In this document: piece after piece, positions 35,801-35,953 of the stretch
Layout of the letters: each line of letters starts with the position of its first letter
Position numbering within the stretch: the first letter of the stretch is position 1
Virus record (IMG/VR): IMGVR_UViG_3300005805_000233
Span: 1 to 35,953 of that record
Strand: one strand, 5' to 3'
DNA: 35,953 nt
DNA from: a virus
Taxonomy: Duplodnaviria; Caudoviricetes
The notes under the pieces: model-generated
What the model saw: the letters and a program-made list of their open reading frames with translations, nothing else
Database searches by the model: none
What the model was told of the DNA's origin: nothing
Made by a program: the position numbers and the translations under genes

Positions 35801-35953
35801 TACAAATTCCTTTTAATAATGATTTAATTTCATCTATAGAACTTTTTAATTCTATAAGATCAGATTCTATCCTGTTAATTTTTTGCTTATCAGATTCTCT
35901 TTTTTGTTTATTTAAATTATATTGATTAAATGCTAGTGTATCTGTATTAATTA
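35790..35953 (-). CDS. Coiled-coil hypothetical protein (partial, start beyond right edge)
   Basis: ...INTDTLAFNQYNLNKQKRESDKQKINRIESDLIELKSSIDEIKSLLKGICNGS*; overlaps the next gene start. Confidence 0.7.
   Translation of the reverse strand, partial: INTDTLAFNQYNLNKQKRESDKQKINRIESDLIELKSSIDEIKSLLKGICNGS

Noticed and set aside
1-35953. tRNA genes, CRISPR arrays, reverse transcriptase/DGR or rRNA
   Set aside because: Intergenic gaps are short and accounted for by promoters and terminators; no cloverleaf, repeat-spacer array or RT motif seen by eye (tRNAscan-SE/Infernal would confirm)

Overview
AT-rich segment of a T4-like myovirus of the cyanophage type (Kyanoviridae-like; the host cannot be determined from sequence). 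All genes are on the minus strand. In the direction of transcription (right to left) the window holds the neck/packaging/tail/head block (gp13, free-standing GIY-YIG-like endonuclease, gp14, gp15, gp16, three accessory genes, gp17, gp18, gp19, gp20, gp67-like, hypothetical, gp21, gp22, gp23, gp3) and then the replication block (uvsY, uvsW, gp55, gp47, gp46, gp45, gp44, putative PD-(D/E)xK nuclease plus Dam methylase, gp62, regA, hsp20, nucleotidyltransferase, two Sm-like proteins, gp43, uvsX, gp41, partial mazG). T4-type late promoters (TATAAATA and variants), sigma70-type promoters and intrinsic terminators are visible. Most notable: (1) a possible capsid-cargo system, in which a Pol-beta-family nucleotidyltransferase has its own late promoter and an N-terminus resembling the T4 internal-protein capsid targeting sequence, a second small protein has the same tag, and a modular protein is punctuated by gp21-like cleavage sites; (2) CG-rich hairpin patches inside core genes, plus a candidate late small RNA and three Sm-like paralogs; (3) overlapping back-to-back sigma70 promoters upstream of gp55, one firing antisense. 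Product calls rest on recognised motifs and synteny; no database searches were run.
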